Translations under genes and position numbers: made by a program | The notes under the pieces: model-generated | The model's input: only the letters and a program-made list of their open reading frames with translations | The model's database searches: none | Told to the model about the DNA's origin: nothing | NCBI GenBank assembly: GCA_001724265.1 | Contig: MEDY01000089.1 | Location: forward strand, 62,001-126,000 | From: Rhizaria sp. SCN 62-66 | Lineage: Eukaryota | Reading direction: 5' to 3' | Length of the DNA: 64,000 nucleotides | Shown: piece by piece, positions 39,412-51,587 of the stretch | How positions within the stretch are numbered: position 1 is the first letter of the stretch | Layout: each line of letters begins with the position of its first letter

Positions 39412-41162
39412 GGTGCTCTGCAAAGACGATTTGTGAGCAAATGCTAGAAAAGGAAACAAGTTAAAAGGCAAGTTAGTCTTTTCTTCAAGTGCTATATTTC
39501 ACATTAACGATGTGGGTATGTCAGGATACATGTTGAGAGAGGGACTTCGCACCTCGTGGTAGTCACCGTTTTTCTGAACTCAGCAAGCAAGAGTGCATTT
39601 GTGGTGGACTCACAAAATGTGAGCGAACTCACAATAAGCGTGACACTGCGACCGGTCGACAACTTTTATTTAATATGCCATGTGTCTAAATCACAACACA
39701 CACTTAATTATGCGATATTCTTTCTTCAAACCACTTCTGATCATGCCTGTGCACCTGCAAAAAGGAAGTGCAATCTAATGGTCACAAATCTGTTTGACGA
39801 AAATATATAGTAGATGTATTAGAAATGAACGTGCTCATGAGAGAACAAATGTGCACACGATTAATTAAATATACGGACCAGTCAAAATCAGGCTCAGTTC
39901 AAGCAGAAGAGATGCTTAAAAAGAATTGTCACGTGTCGCGAGCTTCGGCGGCAACACAATTGGACAATTGAAGAATGATGCTAACAGATAAAGCAAAGCA
40001 GTACGAGACTGACGAGGAAATGGTCGAATGAGAAAACCGATTAGAACCTAGAGGAGGTGAATCAAGTCTAAGCATGGATGAAAAAGGAAGAACAATCAAC
40101 AGACAAAAAATATGAAAGCAAACCAAGCCAACCAGAACATGAAAAACATTCACAGTCTTGAACACACATCAATATGAACAAACAGAAGGAGTTCCATTCC
40201 GTCTTGAACAACAATGCAGAAGCAGAGCAAAGTTGCGTGCATGCAGAGGCAAGAGGGCGGTATTGTTTGTTGAGAGTTGATGTTACCACGTATTGACTAG
40301 GTTAAATAGTACTCCGTGTTGCCATTGGGGCAAATATTGATGTGCGTTGTTCGGATTTGATTGTTGAGACGATAGAAAATACGAGGAGTTGAAGGAACAC
40401 ACTAACTCACAAAGACACAACAAGCAGTGACAACAAGCAGTGACAATATTGGAAAAGCTTCGTCAGGAACAACGAATCCATGACACTTACCTACAGCATC
40501 AGCAACACCATTACTCAAATACCATGTTTCGAAGCTTGAACTATGGCAAAACATTTCGGCATTGGGCTTCGCGCGGTCGACTGCAAGTGGAACAGTCCTT
40601 TGATGAGAAAGGAGTCCCACTAAAATACCTTTGCGAGCTCGATTATTGAGACAGAGTTTAGTTACACAACCATGTTGACGCAACTCACCTCTCCTTATGT
40701 TGTGCAATGTGCTGTACTCTGCCGTATGCTGTGCCATTGCGTTGTGTTGCGTTATTGTTGTCTTGGTATCGTGTTGTAGTTAAACTTTGTACTTGCATGG
40801 ACAGCATAAAGTACCCACAGTACTATTCCGCTCTGCGGATGTATCCACACTCTTTCCCCAGTCAAATTAAGATGGATAACAACGACGAAACATCGTTGTG
40901 GAGGTAAAACAGCGGTAATAAAACAAAATACAAACAACAATGATTAAACATGGTGACAACACCAACACTGGGCGTGTGTCAGGTAGGACTTCACAAAGTG
41001 AACGATTTGAGAGATGTGAAAACACAACAAGCAAAAAACGCAGTCGAAAAAAAAGAGAGTAAAAGATGTTACGTCGATGACGATCAATAAGCTAATGGAG
41101 CTGCGCGATGGCTCAAGAGAACAACGAGGGCGTATACGACTGACACGTCAGTCTCGACCGAC

Positions 41163-44100
41163 TTAAAGCGGCGTGTCTTGCGTCCGGCTGCGCTTACGCG
41201 TCAGCGGCTGCCTCGATAACAGCCCGGCACCGGAGCCAGCTCCAGTGCCCGTCCCTGTCATGGCCTGCCCAGGAGAAATAAGGCCATGAGAACCGAGACC
41301 GCCCTGGGAAGCCAAGCCGCCGGCGGACATCATGCCGTACCGAACGGCGCCCGTGGTCGCAACATTGGTCGCGGGCGCGCCGGCATGCGCTGCGCCGGTG
41401 CGGATACTGCTGAGGCCCATGAGGCTGCTGCTGAGGCCGCTGCCGCCAAGGCCGCCGGTCGCCAGGGGGCTGACGCCGAGCGCGTTGAGACCGAAGCCGT
41501 GGCCGTGGCCCAACGCGGGGACGCCGCCGACAGCGGGGGAAAAGGCCAGTCCATGGTGGCCGCCGTTGCCGTTGCTGTGAGAGACCATATGGAGCATGGA
41601 GCCGTTCGCAGCCGCGGCGGTGGCAGCGGCGACGCCCAGCGGCGGCGAAGGGGCCGGGGACGGCGCGCGCGTGTTGCTCGCGCTCACGCTGGCGCTGGCG
41701 CTCGCACTCGCGGTCGTGGTCGCGCTGGCAGTCATGGCCACGGCCGTAGTTGCAGCTGCAGCCGCTGAGTTGGGCGAGATGGGGATGGCGCCGAGGGCGT
41801 TGGCGCTGTTCACAAGCCCAGGTGAGGTGGGGTTGGAGAGGCGCGCCCGCACTCTCAGCTGCTGCTGCTGCTGCTGCTGTTGTTGTTGTTGCGCGCCGGC
41901 GTTGGCACCCGTGTTAAGGCTCATCACGGTCGCGGGCGGCGGCAGGCTGAGCGGGACCGACGGCGGCCGCAACAGCACCAACGGCACCTGCGTCAGCGAA
42001 GTCGGCGTCAGCGAGCTCGACTGCGAGCAGTGACTGTGCCCGCTGCCGCTGCCGCTGCTGTAGCTCTGGCTCTGGCTGTGGCTGTGGTGCTGGCTGTGAC
42101 TGTGAGCGTTCGCACTCAGGATAACAGTAGGGTTGGGCTTCGCCCTGATTGTAAACGGAGTGATGCTCGCGCTACTGCTGCTGGTGCTGCTGACGCTGCC
42201 ATTGAACGCGCTCGCGGCCTCGTCGTGCGACTGCTGCGTGTGCTTGCTCGACGCATTGCTGTCGTGCGAGAGCGTGCTGACGCCGCTGTCGGTGAGCGCG
42301 AGCGAGTGCAGGTGCAGTGCCAGGTCGGCGAGGTTCGGCGTCAAGAGCTGCTCCTGCGACGACACAAGCATGATCGGCATCGAGCCGATCACCGTCACCG
42401 CGGCAGGCACGGGCGCCGTGGGCGTCACCGTGGGCGTCACGGCCGCGCTCGCGGGCCCCGCGGAGCCAGATCCGGCGCCAGCCTGGGGCGGCAGCAGACG
42501 TGCGCCTGCCGCGGCAGAGCTGGCGGAGTATGCGCTGAGGCTGCCTTTGGAGGGTGCGAGCAGTGCTCTCGCCGCCGCAGGCGCAGCTCCAGCGCCAGCG
42601 CCGGCAGTCAAGCCAGCCTTGCTCGCGGCGGCAACGGCGAATGCAGATGGGAGCGGGGAGTGCGCGCGCGATTGCACACGCGATTGCGAGCGCGACTGAG
42701 CCTGGGAAAGACGGTGTCCACCAGCAGCGGGAGCGGGGGCGGCGGCGGGGAATGCGGGGGTGGTAAAGCCGGGCGTCAGCGGCAGCAGCGGGCTGGTGGG
42801 GTGTAGGAACATGGAGAATGGTCCCTGAAGATGTCCATGTCCTTGTGTCTGCGCCTGAGCTTGTTGCTGAGAACTAAGCGTCGGGGGGACAATGAGAGGA
42901 ACAAAGAAGACATCGTTGCCGCCAGTGACCGTGTTCGCTGCAGCCGCAGCCGCGGTCGCAGCCGTCGTCGCCGTCGGTGCAGCGCCGCCAGCAGCAGCGT
43001 TGCTGATTGCGCTGGCGTTGAAACTGTCGTTGTTGAGCGCGATCCGAAGCGGCGAGGCCGTCACGAAGAGCGACAGCGACGACAGCTTCACGTCCCTATC
43101 CGGCGAGGCGCGCGCGCTCTTTGCCGCGGCGCCGGCGTCGCCCTCCACCGACGGCTTGCGACTCGGCCCGGGGGTTGCGTTGCCGGCGGCGCCGGTATCG
43201 GCCACAGTCACGGTGACGGCGTCGCCCGGAGCGCTCTTTAGACTGCGGCCGCGGGTAAGGCGGCCGGGGGCCAGGCTGCTGCTCTGCGCGCTGTCGCTCG
43301 CACTCGCGCTCGCGTTAACGGCACTGGCAGCGGAGTCGGGCTCGAGCTCGACCTCCGTCTTCACGCGGGCCGCCTTGTCCAGCCCCGCAACTGCCGTCCT
43401 GTTCGCACCGCTGTTGTTGCCATGCGCGGTAACGAGCGCGGCGGCGGCGGCGGCGTTGACGTCGACGGCGACGAAGCCACTCTGGCAGTGCAGCAGCACC
43501 TGCTGCGAGGCGAAGGCCACCGCGTCGGCTGCCGAAGGGTGCGTGTGCACCTCGATGCGCGACTGGCCATGCAGCGGGTGCACGAGGCGCGACCGCGTCG
43601 TCGTCGTGTTGAGCTGGATCTCCCACTGCAAGTACCCCTGGGTCGACTCGGAGGAACCGGCGGCGGTCGGCACAGACACGGCAGACGCGGCAGTCGTGGT
43701 GGGGGACTGCGAGCGGCTGGCGGCGGCGCTGGAGGCGGAGCCACTGCTTGGCGGCGGCGACGGCGCGACGGCGATGGGCTTGAGCATGACGTGGTGCATG
43801 TACACCTCGCTGACGTTGTTAATGTTCATGAACTGCGCAACCGCGGCGGGAACAGAGCCGACGCCGCAGCCGCCGGCGCTGCCCCCGCAGGCAGTCGAGC
43901 CGGCAGCGCTCGCGCCGTCGGTCGGCTTGCCAGCGCCGCCGGCCGCGCCCGCGTCGCTAGAGGGCACGGGCGCGAACGTGGCCGCGGCGATCGACTGCGG
44001 CACGGTGAGCAGCGATAGCGGTCGGACAGTGAGCCCCACGGGGGCGTGGGCCGAGGGGGCAGAACCGGCGCCAGCGTTGCCGGCACTGGCGGCACTACTT

Positions 44101-47100
44101 TCCGTCTGCTGCAGTTGTTGCTGTTGCTGCTGGGCAGTATAGTACCTGCTCGTTGCCATGTTGAGCGCAAGCGACGGCGAGCGAAACAACGCCGCCCTAT
44201 CAAACGCCAGCAGCGACTGCGGCAACGAGCCCACCTCTGCATTAGCACCAGCGCCAGCGCCAGTGGCAGCGCCAGTGGCCGCTCCGGCGGTCGACGAGAC
44301 GATGCTGTTGTTGGCGCCCAGCGACGGGCGTTTGCCTCTGATGACGCGCGAGACGCTGTTCGCGCCGCTGTTGGCGCCGCCGTTGGCGCTGGCGGTGGTG
44401 GAGACCGAGGAGACCGATACCGCGGCCGAGCCCAAACTGTGCGGGCGCGAAGTCAGCGACCCCGAGGCGAGTCTCGAAGGCGGCCGGCTCAGCGCGGAGA
44501 GCAGGAGCGCGCCGCCGCTGTGGCCGCCGTTGTGGCCGCCGCTGTGGCCGCCGCCGGGGAAGCCGGTCCCCACCTGGGGCTGGGGCGTGAGACCGCTGCT
44601 TTGGCTGCTGAGCCCGAGGCTCGCCCCACCCACGCTGCCAACACTGCCGATGCTGTGTATACTGGACGTATGCTGCACAACGCCTGGGGCATGCGCGCCC
44701 GCGATGTGCAGCCCGGAGCCCAGGCCGAGGCCCAGGGCCGGGTTGCCAAGGGCCGAGTGACCCAGAGCGGCGCCCTGCAGGCCGAGGCCGCTCAAGGCGC
44801 CCGGGCCGCCGACGAAGCCGAGGCTGGGTCCGTGGCCCAGAGCGCCGGCCCCGGCGCCGGAGGCCGTGTGGCCCAGAGCGGCGAGCGAGGAGGAGGCCTT
44901 TTGGTGCGTCGCCAACGGGGACGACTTGAGGGTGCTGCCAATGCGACCAACAGGCAGCGGCTGCGGCTGCGAATGGTGCTGATCACGGTCGCGGTCGCTC
45001 ATCGCGTGCTGTTCAGATGCAGACACAGCGTTGGCAGCAGCAGCAGCGGCGGCAGTTGTCGTGACGGATTGTGTTGAGGCAGAGAAATAGAAAATGGGCG
45101 TGATGGGAGCACTCGCGTCGGTGTAAAGGGCGCCCACACGGCCCCCACTGGCGTCGAATCGTAACGTCCTCGCGCCGGCGTTCGCGCTGGAGACAGTCGT
45201 GGTCGAGTCGGCGCTCTCGGCGGCATCGGCCATTACACTGCCGCCGCTCTCAGTCTTGACATCCGGCTGTGTGGCGTTGCTTCCAGCGCCGACTGTGCTG
45301 CTGTTGCCATGGGACAGCGCGCGCGATAGCGAGAGCACGGTCGCGAGGCCCGGCGCGAGATTCCTGGCCAGGTAGTGGCCGTGTGCAGCGAGCACCAGCT
45401 GCTCCTGCTCCTGCTCGCGGTCGTGCTCCTGCTGCGTTTGATGCTGCTGCTGATGCGGTGGCGGCTGCGCTTTGACGCTGTCTTGCTTGACGAGGGCGCC
45501 CACGCTGCCGTGACCGTTCTGCTCCTTCTGCTCGGCGCTGGCGCCAGCGGGGAACATCACGGAGCTCGGCGTGTGCTGCACAAGAATAGTGCACGTGCTT
45601 CCCCCAGCCTGTTGCTGATGTTGCTGCTGCTGCTGTTGGGGCGGCTGAGGCGACTGTTGTTGCGGCGGAAGCGGATGCCTCATAGGCGACAGCGTCAGCG
45701 CATTCGGCTGCAGCGGCGGCTGCTGCAGCGGCTGCTGTTGTTGTTGCTGCAGTTGGCCCTGTTGCTGTTGCGCGGTGAACGGCGGCGGCGGCGGCGGCGG
45801 CAGCAGCTGGCCCGGCTCTAGTGGCGGCAGCGGCTGCGCGCTCATCGTGAGCCACGAGAAGACCGGCTGCACCGGCGCCAGCGGCGGCAGCGGCGACAGG
45901 GCCTGCGGCAGCGACCCGGGCGCTGTCTGCGTGCTACTGTTGCTTATAACGCTCACAACGCTCGCGCCGCTGGGGTTGATGTTGGTGGCGCTGAACACCG
46001 CCCTGTTGCTGCTGGCCACTCTCGCGGGCCCCACGCTCGCGGCGCCGGTGCTTTGCGCGGTGCTCTGGCCGCTCGAGCCGACATTGCCGCTGGCACTGGC
46101 GCTCGCGGCGGCGTTGCTGCTGTTGGTGTAAACGCCCTCTGCCTGGTCGAGCGCGGAGAGCACGGACTTGTCTTGTAGCGCGAGCAGGTCGGCTGAGCCC
46201 GCGCGCGTGAGCCACGGCACCACGGACAGAGACATCGTCGCACCGGCACCGACGCCGGCACCAGCACCGGCAGCGCCCGCGCCCGCGCCCGGGCCAGAAC
46301 CAGGGCCGGGGGCAAGGCCGGTGTTAGCGCCGGGCAGAGCCGGGCTCTGAGGCTGCGCGGCCGCGGGCGCCCCGAGGGGCGTGAGCGGGGTGAGCGGTGC
46401 CCGGTAGAGGCCCTGACCGGGAGCGGCCAGCGTGTGCGTCGCCCCGGCCGCGGCGCCGGCACCGTGGGGGCCCGAGGCGATGGGCTGGGACAGCAGCGGG
46501 GGCATCGAGAACACCGTCGGCTGCGTCGTCTGCACAAGACTGGCGTCACTGCTGCTGCCGTGGCCGTGGCCGTGGGCGTGACTGCCGGCGTGTGCGATCG
46601 CCGCGCTGCCCGCGGCGTGGCTCCCGGTGGCGCCGTGGAAAGGCGGGTCGAAGTCCGCAACGCCTTCGTAGATAGTCGCGAGCGAGGGCTGCGTGTAGTG
46701 ACCCGCGCTGTAAGGGCCGCCGGCCGCGTAGGAGGTCCCGCTAAGGGTGTTGGTGGAGGGGTTGTAGGTGACTGTGCTCGCCCGGCCCCAGGCCGCCTGC
46801 TGCTGCAACTGCTGCTGTTGCTGCAGCTGGAGTTGGAACTGTTGTTGCTGCTGTTGCGACTGGATCTTGCCAGAAGCGTTGACAGCGTGGTGGTTGTCTA
46901 CAAAGCTGTCCGACATCTGAACAGGCACGGCCGTCGCTGCGGCCGCGTACGGGCCGTGGCCCCCCGTTGTCCTGACCTGCTGTTGCTGTTGCAGCTGTTG
47001 CTGCGGGCGGCCATGTTGGGACACCTGCAGGTAAGCTGCATTCATCTGCTGCTGCTGGAGTAACTGCTGCTGTTGCTGCTGTTGTTGCTGTTGCTGGAGC

Positions 47101-48446
47101 TGCTGCTGGAGCTGTGGCTGTTGCTGGAGATGTTGCTGCGCCAGGGTGAGGGGCTGGTACTGCACCCCATGCGCCTGCGCATGTGCCTGGGCCTGAGCCT
47201 GAGCCTGCGCCTGGGCAAACAGCTGAGCCTGCAGATACGCTTGCGTCTGCGCCTGCATATGTGTATGCGCCTGCGCCTCTGCATACCCGTTGCCAATGTG
47301 ACCGTGAGTGTGACCGAGAGCGAATGTGTAGCCCTGGACGCCGTGGCCCGCAGCCTGCGGCGGCGGCAAGCTGATGACGGGCTCTGCGGCGGCGGCAGCC
47401 GCGGCGGCGACTTTGCCTTTGCGCGCGCGCTTCGGCTGCTGCTGCCCCAGCTCGGCGCCGGTAGAGGCGGCCAGGTAGCCCTGAGCAGCGCCGTAGCCGC
47501 CGCCGTCAGCGCCGTAGCCGGCGACGACGGCGGCATGATCAATGTCGGCGAGTTTAGCGGTCTTGCCAAGATTGGCAAAGCCCTTAGGCTTTCCGCCTGC
47601 AGCGACAGCGGCGGCTGTGGCGGCAGCAGCGGCAGCAGCAACAGCGGCGGCGTTGGCAGACGCCTTGCTTTGCTTGCCAGAGGCCGCAGTAGCCGCTGCG
47701 CCAACCCGGCCGCGGCCGGCAGCGCCAGCACCCGTGACGGCGTTCGCGTACGAGTTGGCCGCCGCCGCTGCAGCCGCCGCCGTCGCCGCGTCGAATTGCG
47801 GGGCCCAGCCAGGGGCGCCGTCGCCGCCAGCGTGGCCTCTTCCGTACGCGTCACCGTACGCGTCGTCGTTGTCGTCGTTGTCGTCGCCAGCGCGCGCCGT
47901 CGCCGCGCCAGCAGCCGCGCTCGTAGCCGCAGCGATGTTGGCGCCACTGACGCCGCTCGCGGCAGAGTCTTTGCTAGCGTTGCTGGTGCGGCCGCCCTTG
48001 CCCTTGTTCTCGAGGTTCTTGTCCTGGAGCTCCTTCATGGTGAGCGTGACAGCCTCCCACAGCGGGCCCGCCTGCTGCTGCGTGGTGGTAACGACGAAGC
48101 CCTTGAGGCGCTTCTCGCGCACGAGGCGCTTGGCGACCGAGAGCGCGTTGCGTGCGCTGGGATGCTCGAATGTCGACTCGCGGCCCGCCGAGCCCAGCGA
48201 GCCGAAGTACACCATCTTGTGCTAGTCCTCGACCTCAACCTACGGAGAGGCGCATAAAACGATTAACGGCAAAATACGGGCATGAAATAGTGAGGGTGCG
48301 TCAGAGCGAGGGTAGGCAGAGCGAATTAAGAGCGAACGATCGAGAGGGGGAGCATGGGAGGATGCAATGAGGATTGAACGTACACGCCAGAACTTTTGTT
48401 CCTCTGCATGTTCGAGATTTATGATAAAGCGGCGACGCTTGTCCAT
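41163..48446 (-). CDS. WGR-domain protein with long Q/A/S/G-rich disordered regions, about 2379 aa; in-frame TAG at 48224-48222 inside the WGR domain
   Basis: Exon 1 48446-48384 (MDKRRRFIINLEHAEEQKFWR); intron 48383-48240 (GTACGT...CCGTAG); exon 2 begins VEVED*HKMVYFGSLGSAGRESTFEHPSARNALSVAKRLVREKRLKGF, which fits the WGR pattern KFWxIxV...GRIG..GQ...A...A.KL..EK.KKGY. Stop TAA. Confidence 0.8.
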
Positions 48447-48894
48447 CGCGGCAGCTCTGTGTAGAAGAAGGGGGGGTGAGCTGGAGTGTGTCGGAGCTTC
48501 GGAAAGGGTAGACGAGGGATTGTGGTGAGCAAGCGAGTGATGGAAATCCGGATGATGAATTACATGCAACGTAGCGACCGTTATCTGGCATGTTGTAGCG
48601 TCGGACGGATCGGTGTGAATTGGAATGGCATACATAATATAATATCTTTCGTGGCAAGCGCCCTAATAAAGCACTACGGAGGCATTCAAGTTCGCTTGAC
48701 GTCTCCCCACCACAAAGCACATTTCTCGACCTTCTGTCGATTAAAAGGATTACTTCGCTCTTTCAAAGCGAAGGCGACTGACGCGAGCGGAGCGAGCCAA
48801 AGCAGGGTGATGTGAGTGCTGATTTGAGATTCAAATTCTGCACCGCAAGTTCCGTCAGACGCGTTGCGAGAGCTTGCACTGGTGTTTCTCCACA

Positions 48895-51298
48895 ATGAGT
48901 TATTCGGCAGGTTTTGAGCCGCAGCTGGATGAGCTTGCCCCACAGGGCAGCTCTGTGTTGTATCAATGCCCCGATTCGGGCCGCTTCCTCCCGATCACCT
49001 CCTTGCTCTGGTCCTCCGCCCAGCGCGCTCTACTCGCCCCCGAGGACACCGTCACCGAGATCGCGTCCATTTACTGCCCTATCACGCTCGCCACGCTCAC
49101 TGCGAAGCAGGCCGCGGACGCGTACAACGTGTCCCCGCAGGGCTTCCTGTGCCCCACCTGCGACACCTCGCTCACGGCCGCCGCGCACGAGCGCAGGCCG
49201 GGCGCCGTCGTACTCAAGTGCCTCTACTGCCAGGTACGGCTCATCCGCTCTCTAATATGCTTTATTTTATCACCGCGATGCTCTCTTTAGCTGTTGAGTC
49301 CGCTATTACCACTCCTGTCACACTCTTGCCTAGGCTCACTTTGCTTTACTGGTCAATCCTATGTTCCTGTCCCCCGTGCCTGTGCCCCAGTGGTCTTCGT
49401 CCGCGACCGTGCCCGAGATCGTGGCCGACTCCCCCGCGGGCCTCATCGCCGAGACCGAGCGCGTGTTTGCACAGACCGCGCCCCCCAGCCTTCCTATCAC
49501 GCCATTCTACCCCTGCCCGCGTCCCGCGACCGACACCGTCAAAGCCACAGCCGCTGCCACCAACACCGCGTCATCTAGCGCCAGTAACAGCAGAGGCAGC
49601 AGCAGCGGCGCGATTCCCGTCCCCGGGCTGACGGTGGCGGGCGCCGCAACGCTCCCCGCGGCCTTCGCGGCCCTCCAGCGGTCACTCGCGGCCTCGCTCA
49701 AACACGAGGCCGCCGCAAACGCCTCTGCACACGCCGGTGCCGGTGCCGGTGCCGGCGCGGACTCTGCGTTGGGGCTGACTGGCGACGTCACGGCGGACTC
49801 GCTGCGCTCGCTGTCCTCGGCGGTCGCGCTAGCGACCCGCAGCGCCGAAAACAGCAGCGACGCGCCGACCGCATCATCAACAGACTCGAAGGGGGCCCGT
49901 ATAGCAGACACCCGTGTGGTCAAGAGCGCGATCGTGACGGCCACGCTGCCCTCGGTGCCGCTCGCGCCCGCGCTTCCCGCCAAGACCGTCATCGTGCCCC
50001 AACCGAACGCGCCCACCGCCTTCCTCCACAGCTCCTCCAGCTCTCGCCTCACGGGTTCCGGCACAGGTTCCGGCAGTTCGGGCGGCGCGGTGCTGCCGAG
50101 TGCGACCACGGTCACGATCGCGCTCGCCTCAGCCACCGCGCCCCTCCCGGTGTCGGGCGTGGCCGGTGCCAGCAGTCCAGGCAGCCCCGCCGTCGTCTCC
50201 CCCAGCGGCAACAGCGCTGGCTCCAGCGCGAGCTCTAGCGCCAACGCGGGGCTGGTGCATGACCCCGCCGCGCCGCCCCGCCTGGCGCCGCTGGCGCCGC
50301 TGCTGCTGCACCGCTGCCCGCGCTCGCTGAAGCTGCTGCTGAAGCCGGCGCCGGACCTGCTAGCGCCGTCGTTCGAGGTTTCGCGGCTCGCGCGCGACGT
50401 CGTCCCGGCCCTTACACTCGCGGGCACTTACATCGCCGGCGCCCCCGTGCCGCAGGGCAACTACTACAGCGTCGCCGGCAGTCACGGCGGCAACGGCGGC
50501 GGCAACGGCAGTCTGCTGCCGGGCAGCGCAGGCACGGTGCTGCGGCCGGGACAGAAGGTGCACGTGATCCTGTCGCTGACGAACCCGCTCCCGGTGCCCA
50601 TCTCCGTCTCGCTCACGCCCATCACCGTCCAGGAGGCATTCAACTCGCGCCCCGCCGCCGCCGTCGCCGCCGCCTCTGCCAACACGGGCGCCAGCGCCGC
50701 GTCGGCCGCCGCCGCGGGCAGCAGCAGCGGCGCGGCTGCGCTTGCGTCGCTGGCCTCGCTGCCGGGGCTGGCCGGCGGTGGGCTTCTGGGCTCGGTGGGC
50801 GGCGAGATCGCCGTCACCACGCTGCCCGCGGGCGTCAAGACGACGCTGCAGACGCTGCTGGAGCCGGCGCCGATCGGCAGCCACGCCCGGCGCGCGCGCG
50901 CCACCGCCGCGACTGGCGTACTGCACGGCGTCACCGCTGCCGCGGCCGTGGTGGACCTGGACCTGCCGGACCTGCCGGTGCCGGTGGCGGGCAAGGACGA
51001 CGTGGCGTCGGAGCAGTACACGGCCGCGCTGGCGGCGGGCGCGCCGCTGGACGTGCCGACGCTGGGCTCGGTGGCGGCGCACGCAAGCAGCGCCGACGCG
51101 GCAGGCGTGCTGCTGCAGCGCCTTAACGCCACCGCCGTTATGATCGGCGTCACGCCTAAGACCGCGGGGCCCGTTCGGGTGCTGCTTTCGCTCGTGTGCG
51201 GCGTGTTTAGCGATGAGGCGCGCGAGCTCACCGAAGCCGCCTACGTCAACACAAACGTGACCGTGGCTCTCTGTCTCGGACACTGCTCAAACGAGTAA
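48895..51298 (+). CDS. DCTN4: Dynactin subunit p62 (DCTN4), divergent, 748 aa, 2 exons
   Basis: Exons 48895-49233 and 49391-51298; intron GTACGG...CCCAG. EIASIYCP, FLCPTCDTSL, LKCLYCQWSS, RC...LLLKP...F...LARDVVP, LRPGQKVHVILSLTNP. Stop TAA. Confidence 0.82.
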
Positions 51299-51587
51299 GG
51301 CTCTCGCCGCTCAAGCGCTAGAGTGGGCGGTGTGAGGCTACACGTGCTTCACTCGTAAGATATGTTTCATCCTGATACTTAGTTATTGTTCATTGACTGC
51401 ATTGTGATTTATCAGCTTATTGCGAATACAAAATACATTTCATTCGCACTCAATGCCTATTTCTATTATTCTTCAAGGCATTGGTTGGTTGTTTGGATGA
51501 ATTAAAAATGACAGACTATGTATTTGTGATTGACTAGATATGGAATAATAGAACTATTGTTTTATATAAACGTAATTATGAAGGAGA

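Noticed and set aside
39480-41160. Short ORFs between the ankyrin-like and WGR genes
   Set aside because: AT-rich, no codon bias and no motifs; consistent with UTR or intergenic DNA.
42000-48257. Many long antisense and alternative-frame ORFs here and throughout the window
   Set aside because: Expected shadows of GC-rich, repeat-rich coding sequence; no domains recognisable.
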